NCBI RefSeq assembly: GCF_028368995.1
Contig: NZ_JAQNDL010000001.1
Location: 3,552,001-3,616,000, forward strand
Reading direction: 5' to 3'
Source of the DNA: Nannocystis bainbridge
GTDB taxonomy: Bacteria; Myxococcota_A; Polyangia; Nannocystales; Nannocystaceae
DNA: 64,000 nt
This document shows, piece after piece, positions 59,910 to 64,000 of the stretch (position 1 is the stretch's first letter; the number at the start of each line of letters is the position of its first letter). Below the pieces are notes generated by a model, which worked only from the letters and a program-made list of their open reading frames with translations, ran no database searches and was not told the origin of the DNA. The position numbers and the translations under genes were made by a program.

Positions 59910-62900
59910 TCAGTTCGGCGCCGGTCCGAGGTGCAGCGAGAACTTCGTGTGCAGCGAGCGCGCGTCGGGGCCGGCTGCGTCCGGCTCCTTGTCGAACGAC
60001 ACCTCGCCGCGGACCGCCGTCAGGCGCTGCATCAGCCGTTCGATCGGCGAGCCTGCGATCGGCAGCGGCGGGAACGACGGCGCGATCGTCGAGCCCTGCA
60101 GTGGGTCGGCCGCGCCTTCGGGGCGGAGCGTGAACTCGGGCGTCCCGTGGGCGTTGAGCGGCGCGAACCCGAAGTATTGCAGCCCGAGCTGCGCCAGCCC
60201 GCTCGTCGACTGCGTCGCCTGCGGGTCCCCGCGCAGCAAGATCTCCGCCGAGCGCAGCGCCGAGCTCCCGGCCACGTTCGCCTGGCCCTGCAGCGTCCAC
60301 AGCAGCGCCGTCCACAGCGGCGCCCCCACGGCCGTGCGCGTCTGCACCACGAATTGCGGGTCCGTCGCCGCCCCGGCCTTCGGCAGCTTGCCGTCGAGCA
60401 GGTCGTCGATCATCCGCGTCACCGTCGGTCGGTCGAGGCCGACCACGATCGCCGCCCCGGTCTGCACGTAGTGGATCGCCGCCGCGTCCGCGATCGCCTT
60501 GTCGGGCAGCAGCGGCGCGCCCGGACTGATGCCGACGCGCACGATCGGCAGCTCGCGGTGGCGGGCCACCTCGCCCCACTCGACCATGCCCGGCGCCACC
60601 GACTCGATCGTGGTCCTGAACGCCGCCAGCGTCGCCACCAGCATCGTCGGGTTCTTGACCTCGGCGATCGCGTAGACCGGGAACTTGCCGACTTGCCGCC
60701 ACAGCTCCTGGTCCTCGAACGCGCTGCGCGAGCGCTTCGGCGGCAGCTGCGTCGTGTCGTCCCACTGCGACAGCATCCCGACCAGGCCCGCGCGGTCGTC
60801 GACCCCGAGCATCACCCAGTCGCCGAGCCAGCCGAGGCCGACATCGCCCTTGCCGGTCAGCGTGCGCATCAGCTGGTCCATGTCGCGGCGCAGCCCGCTG
60901 TCCTGGCCGACCGCCCACACCGCCGACAGCCCGCGCTCGCCCGCCGTCACCGACACCCGCGACTTGCCGACCACCCCCTCGATCTCGCTGTAGTCGGTCG
61001 CCGAGATCAGCGGCAGCACGCGCACGTCGACGTCGGCCAGCGAACCATCGGCCGCGTCGCGCACGTCGAGGCGGATCGCCACCGGGTCGATGAACTGCCG
61101 CCAGTAGTTCTGATAGCCGAGCGCGAAGTTGTCGTAAGCGGTGCGCTCCTCCTCGCTGACCTTCTCGACCGCCGGCAGGTCGATCAGCGGCGTGAGGGCC
61201 GCGGGCGAGCCCCAGGTCGAGCGCGCCCCCTGGCCCGGCGCGAACGCGATCGCCTCGCCGCCCGCGTGCTTGAGCTCGTCGGCCGCCAGCAGCCCGGCGG
61301 CGATCAAACCTTGCGTGTCCTTCGGGGCATGTCCGAACAGCCAGCCGTGGAGCAGCGCCGCGTAGCCGGGCACCAGCAGCTCGGCCAGCGCCTCCTGGCG
61401 GCGGGCGGCGAGCAGCTTCTGCTGCGGGCCGACGACCGCGGCGATGAACTTGTCGCTGAGGAACGCCAGCGCCTGGTGCGTGCCCGGGTCGCGCGCCAAC
61501 ATGTACTTCAGGTCAGGTTCATCCGCGAGCCGGGGCGCCTGACCCTGCGCCGCCGCGAGCACCCGGGCCAGCGCGCCGGGGCTGTTGGACACGAACGCCA
61601 GCTCGCCGACGCGGGCGCGGTGCTGGTTCACCAGCCCGGTCGGGTCGGCCGCGCGCTGGACATCGACCCCTGCCAGCTTGACCGTCGTCGCCTCGATCCC
61701 CGCGATCTCGGCGCGGAAGCCGTCGAGCTGGCGCGTCAGCTCGGCGTCGAACACCTCCGCCTGCTTGAGCGTGAAGATCAGCGTCACGTCGGTGCCCTCG
61801 CGCAGGTACGGATCGCTGCCGACGATCGCCACCTCGCCCACCACCGTGTGGCCGAACAGCTTGGCCAGGTCGCTGCGGCGCAGCCCGAGCTGTCGCTGGT
61901 AGCGCGCCGTCAGCCCGCGGTCCTCCGGGTTCTGTTGCAAGATCTGCACGACTGGCGTGATCCACGTGTCCGCCTCGTCGAGCAGGCGCAGCAGCAGGCG
62001 CACGTCGTCGATCCGCGCGTACCAGAACTCCGCCGGCGTCGCCGCGGCCAGCGGCTCGGCCGCGCCGCCGTTCGGGTTCGGCAGCGCCGCCTGCATCGCC
62101 GCGAACGGGTGAGCGGCCAGCGGCGGCGGCTTGAGGTCGGCCAGCGCGACCTTGCGCGGACCTTCCTCTCGGGACAGGCGCAGCCCGCGGTCGTGCTGCA
62201 GCGCCTCCTGCATCGACATCACCCCGGTGGTCGTGTCCATCAGCCGCGACAGGTCGGTGCGCGGTGGTTGACGGCTCAGCAGATCCGACCCGCCCAGCGC
62301 CTTGGACCCCGGCTGTCTCTTGAGCCACGTGGCGATCCGCCCGGCCGCGAATTGCTTCCACGGGTGCGGCTCGTTCCACGTGTCGCCGAGCGTCTGCACC
62401 ATCGCCTCGGCCCAGCGCACTTGCAGCCCGGCGTCGTCGGCCTGCTTCGGCGCACCCGCCCCGGCGAACGGCACCCGCACCCAGTCGTTGCGCCCGTCCT
62501 GCCAGCGGCGGGCGTAAAACGCCCCGCGCAGCGACGTCGGCGCGGCCGGCGATTTCGGCCGGCGGACCTGGATCACCGCCTCGCTGGCCCCGGTCCCGCT
62601 CGCCATCACCGCGACGTGGCCGGGGGTGTTGCCCTCGAGCTCGACGTGCAGGCGGTCCCAGTCGAGCGACAGGTCGTCGCCGACGATCGGCACCCGGACC
62701 TCGACGTACTCGACCTCGCCCTCGACCCGGTAGGCCGCGATCGCGCCCTGCAGCTCGGCGTGCTCGAGCGGCGCGCGGGTGCCGGTGCGCAGCGCGGGCA
62801 GCGGGTCCGGCGGATCTTCGGCGCGCACCGTCGGCGCCGGCGTCCCGACCTGCTCGTTCGAACCTGTCTCTTCGGACTTGTCCTTGCCGCAGCCGGCGAG

Positions 62901-62963
62901 CATCAGCGGCGCGGCGAGGAGCGGAGCGAACCAACGGAGGGCGGGGCGACGCATTCGCCGCAC
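59910..62963 (-). CDS. Large hypothetical lipoprotein (about 1015 aa)
   Basis: LAGC lipobox; long ORF with host-like codon usage; no family recognised. Confidence 0.8.
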   Translation of the reverse strand: MRRMRRPALRWFAPLLAAPLMLAGCGKDKSEETGSNEQVGTPAPTVRAEDPPDPLPALRTGTRAPLEHAELQGAIAAYRVEGEVEYVEVRVPIVGDDLSLDWDRLHVELEGNTPGHVAVMASGTGASEAVIQVRRPKSPAAPTSLRGAFYARRWQDGRNDWVRVPFAGAGAPKQADDAGLQVRWAEAMVQTLGDTWNEPHPWKQFAAGRIATWLKRQPGSKALGGSDLLSRQPPRTDLSRLMDTTTGVMSMQEALQHDRGLRLSREEGPRKVALADLKPPPLAAHPFAAMQAALPNPNGGAAEPLAAATPAEFWYARIDDVRLLLRLLDEADTWITPVVQILQQNPEDRGLTARYQRQLGLRRSDLAKLFGHTVVGEVAIVGSDPYLREGTDVTLIFTLKQAEVFDAELTRQLDGFRAEIAGIEATTVKLAGVDVQRAADPTGLVNQHRARVGELAFVSNSPGALARVLAAAQGQAPRLADEPDLKYMLARDPGTHQALAFLSDKFIAAVVGPQQKLLAARRQEALAELLVPGYAALLHGWLFGHAPKDTQGLIAAGLLAADELKHAGGEAIAFAPGQGARSTWGSPAALTPLIDLPAVEKVSEEERTAYDNFALGYQNYWRQFIDPVAIRLDVRDAADGSLADVDVRVLPLISATDYSEIEGVVGKSRVSVTAGERGLSAVWAVGQDSGLRRDMDQLMRTLTGKGDVGLGWLGDWVMLGVDDRAGLVGMLSQWDDTTQLPPKRSRSAFEDQELWRQVGKFPVYAIAEVKNPTMLVATLAAFRTTIESVAPGMVEWGEVARHRELPIVRVGISPGAPLLPDKAIADAAAIHYVQTGAAIVVGLDRPTVTRMIDDLLDGKLPKAGAATDPQFVVQTRTAVGAPLWTALLWTLQGQANVAGSSALRSAEILLRGDPQATQSTSGLAQLGLQYFGFAPLNAHGTPEFTLRPEGAADPLQGSTIAPSFPPLPIAGSPIERLMQRLTAVRGEVSFDKEPDAAGPDARSLHTKFSLHLGPAPN

Positions 62964-62989
62964 TGTATCAGGGCGCCCGCCGCCTCACC

Positions 62990-63559
62990 TCACCAGCGGA
63001 CCCGATAGACGCAATTCGCTCCGCCCCGAGCCCGACACTCGCCGGGCTCGTGCTCGACCTCCACATCGGTCACGAACCGCGCGGCGAACCCTGCCACCAG
63101 CCCCATGTCGAAGCGGCACGGGTAGGGCGTGTCGCAGCACATCCGGGCCTCGCGCTCGTCGACGCGCTCGTAGTGGTAATGGCCGATGCCCTCGGTCATC
63201 TCGCCGGTCGCGAGATCGAGCATGACGACGCCGTCCCGGCTGTGATTGAGGTGATAGGTCGCGTCGAGCCCGGAGAGCACGGTGTGGGGGTCGTCGATGC
63301 CCGGCGGGAACGCGACCAGCGGCGGGACCTGGCGGCCGAACCGCTCGAGGCCGCGGCTGCCGAGCACGAGGTCGACCTTTTGATAGGCGCGGAGGATCCG
63401 CTCCTGGGGGTACCACGCCTGCGGGTCGACCGCGTCGACGCCGAGCGCCTCGAGCATCGCCTTTTGCAGCACCGAGAACGACTTGAGGACCTCGATGAAC
63501 ACGCTGGTCGTCTGCCCGAACACCGTGATGTCGGGGACCATCGGCTGGTAGGAAGTCAC
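62990..63559 (-). CDS. V4R-like small-ligand-binding protein
   Basis: PYPC.FD.G...EH...CRARGGANCVYRVRW pattern; GTG overlaps the upstream stop. Confidence 0.65.
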   Translation of the reverse strand: MTSYQPMVPDITVFGQTTSVFIEVLKSFSVLQKAMLEALGVDAVDPQAWYPQERILRAYQKVDLVLGSRGLERFGRQVPPLVAFPPGIDDPHTVLSGLDATYHLNHSRDGVVMLDLATGEMTEGIGHYHYERVDEREARMCCDTPYPCRFDMGLVAGFAARFVTDVEVEHEPGECRARGGANCVYRVRW

Positions 63560-64000
63560 GGCGACCTCCGGGCCGTCGCGCGGCCGAGGTGGGTGAAGCA
63601 GGCCTTGAGCCCGTCCTTGAGGGTCGCGAGCGTCGGCGTGCGGCCCATGTCGATGCCGAGCTCGGTCATCGCGTCGGCGATCTGCGGGCTCAGCCCGGTG
63701 ATGACGCAGAAGGTCCCGACCAGCCGCGTGGTGGCGACGAGGCGCAGGAAGTGGCCCGAGGTCGCGTCGTCGATCCGCTCGACGCCGGTGAGGTCGATGA
63801 TGACGCAGCGGGCCCGCGCCTGCGTGACCCGCTCGAGCAGCGCGGCGATCATCTCGTCGGCCCGCCGCGCGTCGACCAGGCCGACGACCGGCAGCGCCAG
63901 CACGTCGTCCCACAGCTCGACCACCGGCGTCGACATCGTCCGGAGCGCCGCCCGCTGCTCGTCGATGGTCGTCAGCTGCGACTCGAGCTCGCGGCGCGAC
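63556..64000 (-). CDS. STAS-domain RsbR-like protein, 3' part (runs off window edge)
   Basis: MSTPVVELWDDVLALPVVG, IIDLTGV, ITGLSPQIA. Confidence 0.9.
   Translation of the reverse strand, partial: SRRELESQLTTIDEQRAALRTMSTPVVELWDDVLALPVVGLVDARRADEMIAALLERVTQARARCVIIDLTGVERIDDATSGHFLRLVATTRLVGTFCVITGLSPQIADAMTELGIDMGRTPTLATLKDGLKACFTHLGRATARRSP

Overview
High-GC myxobacterial chromosome segment, probably Nannocystis-like (inferred from gene content and lipoprotein style). It is mostly housekeeping: rpsP-khpA-rimM-trmD, rimO, RNase E/G, hisH-hisA-hisF-hisIE, plsY, hisS, ileS, pal-cpoB, murA-hisG and hutU-hutI. Between these lie signalling genes (PP2C, ECF sigma/anti-sigma, CHASE2 cyclase, sigma54 regulator, MerR, STAS) and many secreted lipoproteins. 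The main unexplained signal is a 14-bp spaced palindrome, TGTCC-N4-GGACA (consensus TGYYY-N4-RRRCA). It occurs as head-to-tail arrays of 5-6 units between genes, as singletons, and in phase inside many coding sequences, and the junctions between units mostly read CATG. The window also encodes an orphan NlaIII/HpyI-like adenine methyltransferase, which could link the arrays to an epigenetic or nucleoid-binding system (hypothesis only). Other points of interest are an AT-richer ABC-ATPase plus TOPRIM-like gene pair (candidate anti-phage system) and two tandem Tat-signal spermidine-synthase-like methyltransferases. No rRNA, tRNA, CRISPR array or transposase was recognised.
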